Origin: an uncultured Gemmatimonadales bacterium
GTDB taxonomy: Bacteria; Gemmatimonadota; Gemmatimonadetes; Gemmatimonadales; Gemmatimonadaceae
Direction of reading: 5' to 3'
Length of the DNA stretch: 64,000 nt
Assembly: GCA_963707505.1 (NCBI GenBank)
Contig: CAVPQB010000006.1
Span: 512,001 to 576,000 of the forward strand
Position 1 is the first letter of the stretch. Each line of letters begins with the position of its first letter. The position numbers and the translations under genes were made by a program. The notes below the pieces were generated by a model. That model did not search any database. It saw only the letters and a program-made list of their open reading frames with translations, and had not been told where the DNA came from. Positions 31,392 through 42,124 of this stretch are shown one piece after another.

Positions 31392-31862
31392 TCAGAACCG
31401 CTCGCCCTTCGCCTCGCGTGCCTGACTGCCCACCGGCCGAATTCTTGTCCACATCGTGAAGAAGAACACCCCGATCGCGATTCCCTGCAGGAAGCCGGCC
31501 GCGACGATCGCGACGCGCAGCCACATTGCGGAGACGTTCATGTTGAACAGGCTCGATCGCATTACTTCGCCACCGACCCGCGCGACGGTTCCGATCGTGA
31601 TCAGCCAGTAAGCGGTTTCGGCCAGTCGCGGATTGTATTGCGCGTCGGTCTTTTCCGGACGCGGAAAAAGCCACAGCGCAACACCCATGATCATCATCAT
31701 CACGAAGCCGACGAACAGCGCGTGCGTGTGAGCGCTGACGAGATATTCGTCCGGTGCTGCACCCTGGAATTCCCGGCGCGCGATGAGGTACCCGCCTATC
31801 GACAGCCCGACTGCCAGAAAGGCGATTGCGGTCTTGAGGTAACGGCGGACGAGCGTGTACAC
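31392..31862 (-). CDS. Small 4-TM protein with heme-copper-oxidase-like HxH helix
   Basis: SAHTHALFVGFVMMMIMGVALWLFPR. Confidence 0.75.
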   Translation of the reverse strand: MYTLVRRYLKTAIAFLAVGLSIGGYLIARREFQGAAPDEYLVSAHTHALFVGFVMMMIMGVALWLFPRPEKTDAQYNPRLAETAYWLITIGTVARVGGEVMRSSLFNMNVSAMWLRVAIVAAGFLQGIAIGVFFFTMWTRIRPVGSQAREAKGERF

Positions 31863-31879
31863 GTCGCGCTACGCGCCCG

Positions 31880-31947
31880 CGCTCATGCAGCGACGCTCAT
31901 GCAGCGACGCTTTCACGCAGGTAAACTCATGCAACTGCATTCATGCA
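31880..31947. repeat. 14-bp tandem repeat, two exact plus degenerate copies
   Basis: CGCTCATGCAGCGA at 31880 and 31894; TCA(T/C)GCA cores at 31883, 31897, 31913, 31927, 31941. Confidence 0.7.
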
Positions 31948-32303
31948 GCAGCGCTCGTGCGGCCGCCTGGCCTGGGCGTGATCGCTGCCAGCACGACGAA
32001 CGGACCTCGAGGTGCTCGCATGCCGTGTAATTCGTTCGGCTCGTAGGTAACGACGGTACCTGCGCTCACGGTCACGTCCCGTATCTCGCCGTCGATCGGT
32101 CCGGAAATCACACCTGTGCCGCTGACCACGGAAAGAACGACAGTGGACGTGCTGGTGTGCATCGCCACGGTGTCATCAGGCTCCAGCCGGAAGACCACGA
32201 GGCGCACATCCGGCGAGTCGTGCACGATCGCGGTGGCTGCTCGGCCAGCGGATCCGGATACTGCCTTGCGGGCAATCTCGAGACAGTCGTGTGCATGCAT
32301 CAT
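31941..32303 (-). CDS. Cupin-domain protein
   Basis: VRLVVFRLEP..VAMH..VVSGTG..PNELHGMRA. Confidence 0.8.
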   Translation of the reverse strand: MMHAHDCLEIARKAVSGSAGRAATAIVHDSPDVRLVVFRLEPDDTVAMHTSTSTVVLSVVSGTGVISGPIDGEIRDVTVSAGTVVTYEPNELHGMRAPRGPFVVLAAITPRPGGRTSAAA

Positions 32304-32530
32304 GCGGCCGTTCCTGCGCTGGGGCGCCGGCCGGCAATGACCGCGTCCAGTGCGTTCAGCAACGCAGCTGGATCTGCGCCGTCTCGCAGCGCAGCGTCAT
32401 GAATGGAAACCGCGCCGCCGCAACATGCGTCGATTCCAAACTCGTTGAACACGTTTGTGGTCGCTGGGTGTGACTGAATGACGTCGTTGACGACCGATGC
32501 GAAAGTGATGACTTCGTCTTGCAATGACAT
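32300..32530 (-). CDS. Stand-alone DUF542 (ScdA/RIC N-terminal-like) protein
   Basis: VNDVIQSHP..VFNEFGIDACCGGAVSI. Confidence 0.8.
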   Translation of the reverse strand: MSLQDEVITFASVVNDVIQSHPATTNVFNEFGIDACCGGAVSIHDAALRDGADPAALLNALDAVIAGRRPSAGTAA

Positions 32531-32576
32531 GAGTGATGTCCGGATGGATGAATGTACGCAATTGGTGAGCTGATTC

Positions 32577-32693
32577 AAACTAGAGAACCAGGCATCCAGT
32601 CGGTGTCAGTGTTTCCCTGAGATCGCGCAACCCGTTACCTGACACAAAATCCGGGCTTGCCCGACTGTTTGCAGAAACCCGCGCCCGTACGTT
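32577..32693. promoter_or_regulatory. Divergent promoter (DUF542-xfp-ackA operon / nos operon) with three phased boxes
   Basis: 32606-32620 TCAGTGTTTCCCTGA, 32628-32642, 32650-32664 TCCGGGCTTGCCCGA; -10 TAGTTT (minus, 32582-32577) and TACGTT (plus, 32688-32693). Confidence 0.78.
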
Positions 32694-32748
32694 CATCTCA
32701 TTGCAGTTACTCACCCGCGCTCCACACGAGCCATAAGCGAGGTAGTGT

Positions 32749-34803
32749 ATGAAATCGTCGGTCAAGCTATATGCGGCTATCGGGTACGTAGGCATCACCC
32801 TGAGCGGCCTCGCGTATGCCTGCGCGCCGAGTGTCAAGACGAATGCGTCCGCAGGTCTGCTGGCCGGAGACGCTGCAACTCGAACCTACGTGCCGCCAGG
32901 CTCGTACGACGAGTATTACGCCTTCCTGTCCGGTGGCTTCAGCGGCCAGGTGACGGTGTATGGGCTCCCATCCGGTCGTCTCTTCAAGGAAATACCGGTC
33001 TTTTCGCAGTTTCCACAGACGGGCTACGGATACAACGAGGACACCAAGGCGATGCTGACGACGACTTTCGGCCAGGTGCCGTGGGACGATTCGCATCACA
33101 CGGAGATGTCGCTCACTGACGGTGTACCGGATGGCCGCTGGCTCTTCATCAACGGCAATAACACGCCACGTATCGCTCGCATCGACCTCAAGAAGTTCGA
33201 GACCGAGGAGATACTCCAGATTCCAAACGCTGCGGGTGGCCACGCGTCACCGTTCGCGACGCCGGATACCAAATACGTGGTATCAGCGACGCGCTTCAGC
33301 GTTCCGATTCCGCAGACCGATGTTCCCATCGATAGCTACAAGAAGAACTTCAAGGGAACTATCACGTTCGTCAGGGCCGATCAGCCTGGCAAGATGGACG
33401 TTGCCTTCCAGATCATGATGCCCGGATACGACTACGATCTCGGTCACGCCGGCAAGGGACCATCCGACGGCTGGTTCTTCTTCACGACGTACAACTCCGA
33501 GGAAGCGAATACGAAGCTCGAGGTGAACGCGTCACAGGCCGACAAGGACTACATCGCCGCGATCAACTACAAGCAGGCAGAGAGAGTGCATCGCTGACGG
33601 AAAGGCGAAGAAGTTCGGTGGCAGCTACGTCCACAACTATCGTGAATCCGACCACCGGAAGGTCGCGACGAGCGAGACAAAGACACGGTGTGACCATGCT
33701 GTATCCAGCGGATTGCGATGGGCTCGTGTATTACCTGCCGACGCCGAAATCACCGCATGGCGTCGATATCGATCCGTCGGGCGAGTACATAGTGGCCGGT
33801 GGCAAGCTGGCTACGGTCATTCCCGTGCACTCGTACACGAAGATGATCAAGGCGATCGCCGACAAGCAATTCGAGAAGACGATTGACGGTATTCCAGTAC
33901 TCCGTTACCAGGCAGTAATCGCAGGCGAAGTACAGAAGCCGGGCCTAGGTCCGCTACACACCGAGTTCGACGGCAAGGGCAACGCGTACACGTCGATGTT
34001 CATCTCCTCGGAAATCGTGAAGTGGAAACTGGGGACGTGGCAGGTGCTGGATCGTATTCCGGTGTACTACTCCGTGGGGCACCTGATGATTCCGGGCGGC
34101 GACAGCAAGAAGCCGTGCGGGCAAGTATCTTGTCGCGCTCGACAAGATCACGAAGGATCGTTACCTGCCCACCGGCCCGGAGGGTTCTCGCTCCGCGCAG
34201 CTGATCGACATCAGCGGCGACAAGATGAAGATGTTGCTCGACTTCCCGACGATGGGCGAGCCGCATTACGCACAGGCAGTTCCTGCGAGCCTGCTGCAAC
34301 CCGACTCGCTCAAGTTCGAGAAATTGAGGACAACCACAACCCGGATGTCACGACCGCGGAGGCCGACGGCGGAATCACACGCAACGGCAAGCGTGTCGAT
34401 GTAAAGATGATTGCGATTCGCAGTCACTTCGCGCCGGACATTCTGGAGGGTATCGAGCTTGGCGACACCGTGTACTTCCACGTCACCAACATCGAGCAGG
34501 ACTGGAACATCGCGCACGGCTTCGCAGTGTTCGGTGCAAACACCTCCGGCGTGACGCTCCCGCCGGGCGAGACGAGGACGCTAAGATGGGTTCCGCAGGC
34601 AACCGGCATCTATCCGTTCTACTGCACGGATTTCTGCTCCGCGCTGCACCAGGAGATGCAGGGATACGTTCGAGTGTCGCCGGCGGAGATGCACGTGCCA
34701 CTGATCGGCGAACATCAGCCAAGGTCGCAGGCAGACCGCAGAATGGTCGCATGCCTGCCGAGCATGGCGAGCGTGCCGAACATGGGAGCACAGGTGAGAA
34801 TGA
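32749..34803 (+). CDS. nosZ: Clade II (Sec-type) nitrous oxide reductase, several apparent frameshifts, end approximate
   Basis: YAFLSGGFSGQ, WDDSHH, NGNNTPRIARIDL, PKSPHG, GLGPLHTEFD, YSVGH, EPH, CuA motif HGF..FYCTDFCSALHQEM; no twin-arginine signal. Confidence 0.93.
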
Positions 34804-35390
34804 TGTCACGCCTCACCTCGCGAGCGTCACGGCGATTGCGTCGCTCGCTCTTGATCGGGCTCTTCTGTCCTCCCGCTGTGGCGCGTACAGCTCGTCGCGC
34901 CACAGTACCCCGAGGGACTCGGCATGCGGATCGGCATCAGCGATGTCGCGGCGGGACCATGCCGACGGATCTCGACAACATCAACGGTCTGAATCACTAC
35001 ATCGGCATGAAGCACATCACGCCGTCCGCCATTCCCGAGCTGCGGCTACATGCCGTGGATTGTTGGCGCGTCTGATACTACTCGGGCTGCATCGCCGCCA
35101 GGTGGGCAGCAGAAAGTTGCTGCTCGACCTGGATCGGCGGATTCGCCGTCCTTGCAGTGTCGCTGGACTCGTCGATTTCTGGCGCTGGGAATACGACTAC
35201 GGCCACAACATCGATTTCGAGCACGCGATAATCAAGATCCCTGGAATGACTTATCAGCCTCCACTCATGGGTGTGAAGCAGTTACTCAACTTCACGGCGG
35301 TGTCCTGGCCGGATGCCGGTGCGTGGCTGGCATTGGCTGCGTTCGGCGTGGCGCGCTGGCGGTCATCATGGCGTTCAGGCAGCCGCATCC
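34800..35390 (+). CDS. nosB: NosB-like membrane protein of clade II nos clusters (frameshifted, possibly fused to NosD)
   Basis: Fragments APQYPEGLGM, NINGLNHYIGMK, IPEL, DFWRWEYDYGHN..AIIKIPGMTYQPPL.G.KQLLNF. Confidence 0.75.
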
Positions 35391-35399
35391 CGGCTGCTC

Positions 35400-36697
35400 G
35401 GGAACATGCGCGACTCGTAGGTTGCTGCGCCACGGCGTGGCTGCGCTGCTGTTGAGCGTTGGTGTCGTCGCGACGCAGGCGCTGGCGTCGCCCGTGCGCC
35501 CGCCGCAGCAGGTCGTCAACGTGTCACCGACGGGACCGGTGCGTAGGATACGGCGGCGTTGACGCTCGTCGCGCGCGGTGGTACGATCATCGTGCATCCC
35601 GGGAGCTACGCGATAGCAACGATCGTGGTGTCGATGCCGGTACGCATCCTCGGAGAGCGGCGACGCCGTGCTCGATGGCGAGGGCAAGCGCCAGATCATG
35701 ACCGTCACCGGCGGATAGCGTGACGGTGCGCGGCATTGCATTTCGGAACGTCGGCGTCGCGTTCACGGAGGATCTCGCCGCGATCAAGGTTGTGCGGGCG
35801 CGCTATTGCTCGATAGCCGACAATCGGATCGACAACGGTTTCTTCGGCATCTACCTGCAGGAAGCCCAGTACTGCTTCGTGCATCGCAATGTCATACGCG
35901 GCGACACATTCGCGCGATGCGACATCCGGCAACGGTATTCATCTGTGGCACTCGCGCGACATAGTCATCCAGGGAAACCAGGTCTCAGGCCATCGCGACG
36001 GAATCTACTTCGAGTTCGTCCGCGCGAGGCTCACGTTCATGACAATATCAGCACCGGACAATCTGCGATACGGGCTGCACTTCATGTACTCCGACAGCTG
36101 CGATTATGAGGGCAATACATTCCGGCACAACGGCGCGGGTGTGGCAGTCATGTACACGCACCACGTACGGATGGTCGGCAATCGCTTCACGGATAACACG
36201 CGGCGCTGCCGCGTACGGATTGTTGCTCAAGGAGATCTCCGATAGCCGAGCTCCGGCGACAACATCTTCTCCGACAATACCGTCGGGACTGTACGCAGAC
36301 GGGGCCACGCGGCTGATCGCGCATCACAATCACCGTTCGTCAACAACGGTTGGGCGCTCAAGCTCCAGGCGAGCACCGAAGGACGCACAGTTCACGGCAA
36401 CGATTTCGCGGGCAACACGTTCGATGTCGCAACGAACAGTCGCTCGGCAGCTCGAGCACTTTTCGCGGTAACTACTGGTCCGCGTACGACGGCTACGATC
36501 TCAATCACGACGGCGTGGGCGATGTGCCGTACCGCCGGTGCGACTCACCTCCGTCGTCGTCGCGCAGACTGAGCCTGCGCTGATTCTGCTGCGCAGCAAC
36601 TTCCTCTGTCTGCTCGACGCGGCCGAGCGCGTGCTTTCCGGCGCTGACACCCGAAACGCTGGCCGACTCCGCGCCGGCAATGCGCTGGGTACAATGA
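35400..36697 (+). CDS. nosD: NosD beta-helix maturation protein (frameshifted, start approximate)
   Basis: GFFGIYLQ, SGNGIHLWHS, GHRDGIYFEF, NLRYGLHFMYS, NGAGVAVMY, GNYWSAYDGYDLNHDGVGDVPYR. Confidence 0.85.
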
Positions 36698-37434
36698 CCG
36701 AGCCACTGCTGCGTATCACGAACGTGTGCGAAGGCGATTCGGCTCACTGCCCGTGCTTCGCTCCGTAGATCTCGACGTCGCGACCGGTAGAGTCGTGGCA
36801 ATCGTCGGCCCGAACGGCGCCGGCAAGACGACGCTCATCAAGTCGCTGCTGGGTCTCACGCATCCGGATACGGACGACATAACACTTTGGGTAGCAGAGT
36901 GACGGGCGACGAACGCGTATCGTGCCCGCATCGGTTACATGCCGCAGATCGCGCGCTATCCCCGAGAATCTCACGGGCGCCGAGCTGCTCGCGATGCTCA
37001 AGGACCTGCGCGGACCGACAGCGCAGACTGGACACGGAGCTCATCGACTGTTTCGGGCTCGACGACGCTCTCGAGAAGCCCTTGCGCGTTCTATCCGGCG
37101 GCACTCGACAGAAGGTCAACGCGGTCATGGCCTTTCTGTTCTCGCCGGAGCTGCTCGTGCTGGACGAACCGACGGCTGGCCTCGATCCGCTCTCGAGCAG
37201 CGTGCTGAAGGACAAGATTCTGGCCGCGAGCGCGGCGCGGGCAGGACGTTCATGGTCACGTCACACATCATGAATGAGCTGGAAGAACTGGCGGACGACG
37301 TTGCGTTCATGGTCGATGGACGCATGGCGTTTTCGCGGAACGCTCGACGATCTCAAGCGCGTCACGTCGCAGACGACGACTGGAGCGCGCGGTGGCAGCG
37401 ATGATGATGCCGCGACTGTGCGGAGGCGGCATGA
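36694..37434 (+). CDS. nosF: NosF ABC ATPase (frameshifted)
   Basis: GPNGAGKTTLIK, LSGGTRQKV, LDEPTAGLDP, TSHIM. Confidence 0.85.
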
Positions 37435-38226
37435 ACACAATGATCAAGGTGCTCAAGTATCAGGCCAGAGATGCGATCCGCAGCCGGTGGTTGATCGCCT
37501 ATGCGCTCTTCTTCCTGCTGGTGACCGATGCGCTGCTACGCTTCACCGGCGATCCGGTAAAGGCTGCAGCTCAGCCTCGTGAGCGTCGTTCTCTTTCGTC
37601 GTACCATTCGTCTCGATCGTCTTCGGTACCGTATATCTCTACAACGCGCGCGAGTTCGTCGAGCTGATTCTCGCGCAACCAGTGAATCGGCGCCAGACGT
37701 ACTGCGGTCTCTATCTCGGCCTCACGCTTCCGCTCGATGCTCGCCTTCGTTCTTGGACTTTCCGTGCCATTCGTCCTTAACGGACACGACGCGTCGGCCT
37801 CGGCACGCTCGTCGCGCTCCTCGTTGCTGGAACAGTCCTGACGTGCGTCTTCACAGCAGTCGCAACGCTCGATCGCCGTGAAGTGCGAGGATCGGTTGCG
37901 CGGACTTGGAGCAGCGATCGGAGTGTGGCTGCTGGTGACCGTCGTGTACGACGGATTCGTATTGTTCGTGCTCGCGGCCTTCTATCGGAGCTATCCGCTG
38001 GAGCGTGCGACACTCGGGCTGATGATGGCCAATCCGATCGACATCGCTCGAGTGGCGCCTGCTGCTGCGATTCGACGGGGCCGCGATGATGGGTTACACA
38101 GGCGCCGTGTTCCTCGAGTTCTTCACCGGTTCCGCAGGGATGATCGTCGCCACGCTCGCGCTGGCGGCCTGGATCATCGCGCCGATCGCATTCGGCGTGC
38201 GTGTATTCCAGAGGAAGGACTTCTGA
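37431..38226 (+). CDS. nosY: NosY ABC permease (frameshifted)
   Basis: KYQARDAIRSRWLIAY, YNAREFVELILAQP, YPLE..NPIDIAR, MGYTGAVF, terminal FQRKDF. Confidence 0.85.
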
Positions 38227-38287
38227 TCAGTAGTCAGAAGCGCAGCAAGACACCAACAACGCTAAAACAATCTTACCGGGTAGAATC

Positions 38288-38740
38288 GTGAATCATTCAG
38301 GTCTCAGGTCGAGCTTTATTGCACTCTCGCTATTGGCGATCGGTGCGTGCGGCGGTGGAGAAAAGAAGGGCGAGAGCGAGCTGGGGGCGCCAGTGTCGTC
38401 GTCGCAGTCGGCTCCGGGCGGCGAGGCGGCTGCACCGACTGGAAAAGTGGTAGTCGTCGAGCTCAACAGCGACGCGCAAGGCAACTACTTCAAGCCTGCG
38501 AAGTTCGAGGTGCATCGCGGTGACGTGATCCGGTTCACACTCAAGAGCGGCGTGCATAATGTGCACTTCCTGCCGGATTCCAATCCCGGCAAGACGAACC
38601 TTCCTCCGGCAAGTGATTTCCTTCAGCTGCCGGATCAAACTCTCGATATGCCCGTCAACCTCGCACCAGGAAAGTACTATTTTCAGTGTGATCCACATGC
38701 AGCGCTGGGGATGCAGGGACACGTGGAGGTAGAACGCTGA
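38288..38740 (+). CDS. Plastocyanin/azurin-family blue copper lipoprotein
   Basis: Lipobox AIGAC; HNVHF and YYFQCDPHAALGM give His-Cys-His-Met type-1 Cu ligands. Confidence 0.88.
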   Translation: MNHSGLRSSFIALSLLAIGACGGGEKKGESELGAPVSSSQSAPGGEAAAPTGKVVVVELNSDAQGNYFKPAKFEVHRGDVIRFTLKSGVHNVHFLPDSNPGKTNLPPASDFLQLPDQTLDMPVNLAPGKYYFQCDPHAALGMQGHVEVER

Positions 38741-38760
38741 AGGCAAGTGCCGCGAATGGT

Positions 38761-40635
38761 GTGCGAGGCAACAAGGTCACCTACTGGTACAATTCTCCGG
38801 CTGTAATCCCCGGCCTGGCGACGGCCTTTGTCCTCGGGGGTCTCGCGGCATGGACCCTCGGGTCACCCGTATGGGCTCGTTACATATGGATGGCTGGCCT
38901 GGTTTCGGGTGGTGCAATCATCGTAACAGGCACCATCCGCGGTGCTCTGCATGGCCGGTGGGCCTCGGACATCGTAGCGGCCATGGCGATCATCACATCG
39001 GTCGTCATGAACGAGCCGTTGGCCGGCCTGATCGTCGTGGTAATGCAAACCGGCGGCGAAGCGCTCGAGCGATACGCGGAGGGCCGAGCATCGCGGGCCG
39101 TTCAGCAGCTGGAGGCGGATCGTCCCAAATCAGCCCACGTTCTGCGCGGCGGCGAGGTGTCCGATATCAGAGCAGACGAGATCGTCGTCGGCGATAGCGT
39201 AATTGTGCGCGCCGGCGAACTGGTCCCGTGCGATGGAATCGTCGAAGAGGGTAGATCCGAGCTCGACACATCCAGGCTCACCGGTGAATCGCTGCCGCAG
39301 TCGATCGAGCCGGGCGTACCGGTCAGTAGTGGAAGCATCAATGGCGACCGGTTGTTTACGATGCGTGCCACTGCGATCGCCGAGGCCAGTCAGTACGAGC
39401 GCATCGTGCAGCTCGTGCGGGCGGCACTGGAAACCAAGGCGCCGTTTCAACGGATCGCGGATCGCTACGCCGTCTGGTTCACGCCAATCACGCTTGTGAT
39501 TGCGGTTGCCGCAACCGCAGCCACAGGAGATTATCAGAGATTTCTGGCGGTGCTTGTCGTCGCAACGCCGTGCCCACTGATACTCGCCCCGCCGATCGCG
39601 ATAATTGGCGGAATAAATCGCGCGGCTCGACGTCAGATAATCGTGCGTAACGGCGCGGCAATCGAGCGACTCGCGACCGCCAACGTTGCAGTGCTCGACA
39701 AGACCGGCACGCTGACGATCGGGAAACCGGTAGTTCATACAGTCATTCCACACCCACCATTCACGCGCGCCGACGTATTGCGTCTGGCCGGCGCCGTGGA
39801 GCAGGGCGCCGCCCATCTGCTCGCACGTACACTCACGGACGCCGCGAAGGCGGAGAATGAGTCGCTACCGGCCGTTCGGGATGTCGTTGAATCGCCCGGC
39901 CGCGGCGTCACCGGGAGAATAGGCGATGACACCGTGATGGTCGGCTCACACGGTTTTATCGCTGAGCAGCTGACACGGGACGCTGGTAACTCGATTCCCT
40001 TGGATTCGTCCGTCGGGCTCAAGGCCTATGTCGCGATCAATGGAAGATTCGCTGGCGTGGTGGCATACGACGAACAGCTGCGGGATCACGTACCAGTAAT
40101 TCTCTCCGATCTCGAGTCGCTCGGCATTCACCGAACACTCCTGCTGTCAGGCGATCACGGGGACAACGCCCGGGCGATCGCGCAGTCACTCGGTATTACC
40201 GAGGTTCGCGGGGACATGAAACCGGAAGATAAAGTTGCCGTAGTAAAGGAGTTGACTGAGGCCGGTGATCGCGTTCTAATGGTGGGTGACGGAACCAACG
40301 ATGCGCCGGCGTTGAGCGCCGCAACGGTCGGGATAGCTCTAGCTGGTCACGGCGGCGGTGTCACCGCAGAGGCAGCCGATCTCGTGATTCTGGTCGACGA
40401 GCTGAACCGGGTTCCTGAAGCAATTCGTATCAGTCGTCGTAGCATGAAGATCGCACGAGAAAGCGTCTGGGCCGGACTTGGGCTCAGCGGGATCGCGATG
40501 TTGTTCGCAGCCGCCGGCAAAATCGCGCCGGTACCAGGCGCGCTGCTTCAGGAAGTAATCGATATTGCCGTGATACTCAACGCACTACGCGCCAGCGCTG
40601 GCTCGCGCCGGTCCGCTCAGCGTCCCAGCAAGTAA
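38761..40635 (+). CDS. Heavy-metal P1B-type ATPase (P1B-5-like)
   Basis: TGES, ATPCPLILA, DKTGTLT, GDGTNDAPAL, LLQEVID. Confidence 0.9.
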   Translation: MRGNKVTYWYNSPAVIPGLATAFVLGGLAAWTLGSPVWARYIWMAGLVSGGAIIVTGTIRGALHGRWASDIVAAMAIITSVVMNEPLAGLIVVVMQTGGEALERYAEGRASRAVQQLEADRPKSAHVLRGGEVSDIRADEIVVGDSVIVRAGELVPCDGIVEEGRSELDTSRLTGESLPQSIEPGVPVSSGSINGDRLFTMRATAIAEASQYERIVQLVRAALETKAPFQRIADRYAVWFTPITLVIAVAATAATGDYQRFLAVLVVATPCPLILAPPIAIIGGINRAARRQIIVRNGAAIERLATANVAVLDKTGTLTIGKPVVHTVIPHPPFTRADVLRLAGAVEQGAAHLLARTLTDAAKAENESLPAVRDVVESPGRGVTGRIGDDTVMVGSHGFIAEQLTRDAGNSIPLDSSVGLKAYVAINGRFAGVVAYDEQLRDHVPVILSDLESLGIHRTLLLSGDHGDNARAIAQSLGITEVRGDMKPEDKVAVVKELTEAGDRVLMVGDGTNDAPALSAATVGIALAGHGGGVTAEAADLVILVDELNRVPEAIRISRRSMKIARESVWAGLGLSGIAMLFAAAGKIAPVPGALLQEVIDIAVILNALRASAGSRRSAQRPSK

Positions 40636-42044
40636 TCGACAACGTCGGCCGCGGTGTACGTGGTGCGCGCGCCGAGAAAATTCTGAATACTCAGCAGGTC
40701 ATCACCGCTCGTCAGTAGCGGCGGCTCATCGATTCCGCCACTTCGCACCTGCGCCTGCCCGATGTTCGCTGTCAGTCCGTTGCAGAGACATTCGCGGCCC
40801 TCTGTGTCCTCCAGCGCGCCGCCCTTCCTGACATATGCGTCCACCGGCTCGGCGGGACACCGATATCCGATGCGGCCATCCGCACCGCGATAGGCGGTGC
40901 GCAGGTAGCCGAGATCGCATTTGCGTTCGCGACGCGGTCCGTCAGCATTGTCACCCACCCATCGCACAACCTTGAACGGATATCCTGTCGGCGACGCACG
41001 GGGATCTGTCACTACATCCAGCTCTCCCAGTGCTGCATGGCGAAGGACTTCTTTCTTGAGCGCCTCCGCAATGCCGGATTCCTCGCAGTAAGCGAACAAC
41101 GTCCCGACCTGAACACCCGCCGCACCTGCAATAAGAGCGTCAACGAGTCCTTTCGGGGAGCCAGCGCCACCCGCGATCCAGAACGGAAGTCCGAGCTCGC
41201 CGATGCGTGCGATGTCGACGACGTCGCGCTCTCCATAGATCGGCTCGCCGCGCACGTTGAGCTGCTGTTCACCCCGCGGTGGCGCGTTGTGTCCACCGGC
41301 GGTCGGACCCTCCACGACGAAACCATCCACGCGGCCATTTGCTTTTCTGGCAAGTGTCGCTGCGAGCGACGTCGCTGCCACTATGGCGATGAATCCCGGC
41401 CGTTTCATCGGCATCGACTGATCGACACCATGAGCTGCGGGATCGAAACTGAGAATTTCGGACTCGCCTGCCGGTAATCCTTCGACGTCGAATTTCATCG
41501 ACGCCATACGGTGCTCGGAGAGCGCATCCAGCACGCCGGGGATCTCACGCGGGATCCCGGCGCCCATCAGTACGTAATCAACGCCCGCGAGCATTGCGCC
41601 GCATAGCGACGCCAGGTTTGGCAACTGTACCTTGGTGAGAAGATTGATGCCAACCAGTCCATCGTGGCCTTCCCTGGCCAGATACACTTCGACGAAATTC
41701 GCAAGCATCGTGATCTGCTGGCGCGCAACGCTGACGTGTTGCTTGTACATGGGAAGCATCTTGTACGGCTGAGCTGCTGCGCGACCATCCGGAAGGAAGT
41801 AGCGCTTGAGTGCATCCTCACCAACGTGGGCGATAGGAAAATGCTCGATTGCCCTCCGCACGTGCCCACCCGGATCGCCGTCCTGGAGTCGGCGCACGAG
41901 AACCGTATCGAGCGCAGTTCCTGAAACGACGCCAAGATGGCCCGCGCGCGCAACAGCGCGCGCCAGGGTCCAGTTTGAAACACCGACTCCCATTCCACCC
42001 TGAATGATGGTCGGAAGCATGATGTTGCGCGGTACAGTAGTCAT
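40617..42044 (-). CDS. Nitronate monooxygenase-family flavoprotein
   Basis: IIQGGMGVGVS, VEGPTAGGHN, GVQVGTLF; Cys-containing C-terminus. Confidence 0.8.
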   Translation of the reverse strand: MTTVPRNIMLPTIIQGGMGVGVSNWTLARAVARAGHLGVVSGTALDTVLVRRLQDGDPGGHVRRAIEHFPIAHVGEDALKRYFLPDGRAAAQPYKMLPMYKQHVSVARQQITMLANFVEVYLAREGHDGLVGINLLTKVQLPNLASLCGAMLAGVDYVLMGAGIPREIPGVLDALSEHRMASMKFDVEGLPAGESEILSFDPAAHGVDQSMPMKRPGFIAIVAATSLAATLARKANGRVDGFVVEGPTAGGHNAPPRGEQQLNVRGEPIYGERDVVDIARIGELGLPFWIAGGAGSPKGLVDALIAGAAGVQVGTLFAYCEESGIAEALKKEVLRHAALGELDVVTDPRASPTGYPFKVVRWVGDNADGPRRERKCDLGYLRTAYRGADGRIGYRCPAEPVDAYVRKGGALEDTEGRECLCNGLTANIGQAQVRSGGIDEPPLLTSGDDLLSIQNFLGARTTYTAADVVDYLLGR

Positions 42045-42052
42045 GCGGTGGG

Positions 42053-42118
42053 AAGCTACGGCTGGCTACTGCTGCGTTCAGTCGGGGTAAGGTGGAAATA
42101 TCGTAAAGGAATCCCCGA
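42053..42118 (-). promoter_or_regulatory. Phased boxes and -10 upstream of the nitronate monooxygenase-family gene
   Basis: 42082-42096 TCGGGGTAAGGTGGA, 42104-42118 TAAAGGAATCCCCGA; TAGCTT (minus, 42058-42053). Confidence 0.65.
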
Positions 42119-42124
42119 CCGTCG

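Noticed and set aside
42081..42119. GTCGGGG..CCCCGAC as a terminator for the FTR1 gene
   Set aside because: 25-nt loop and no U-tract; better explained as two phased boxes.
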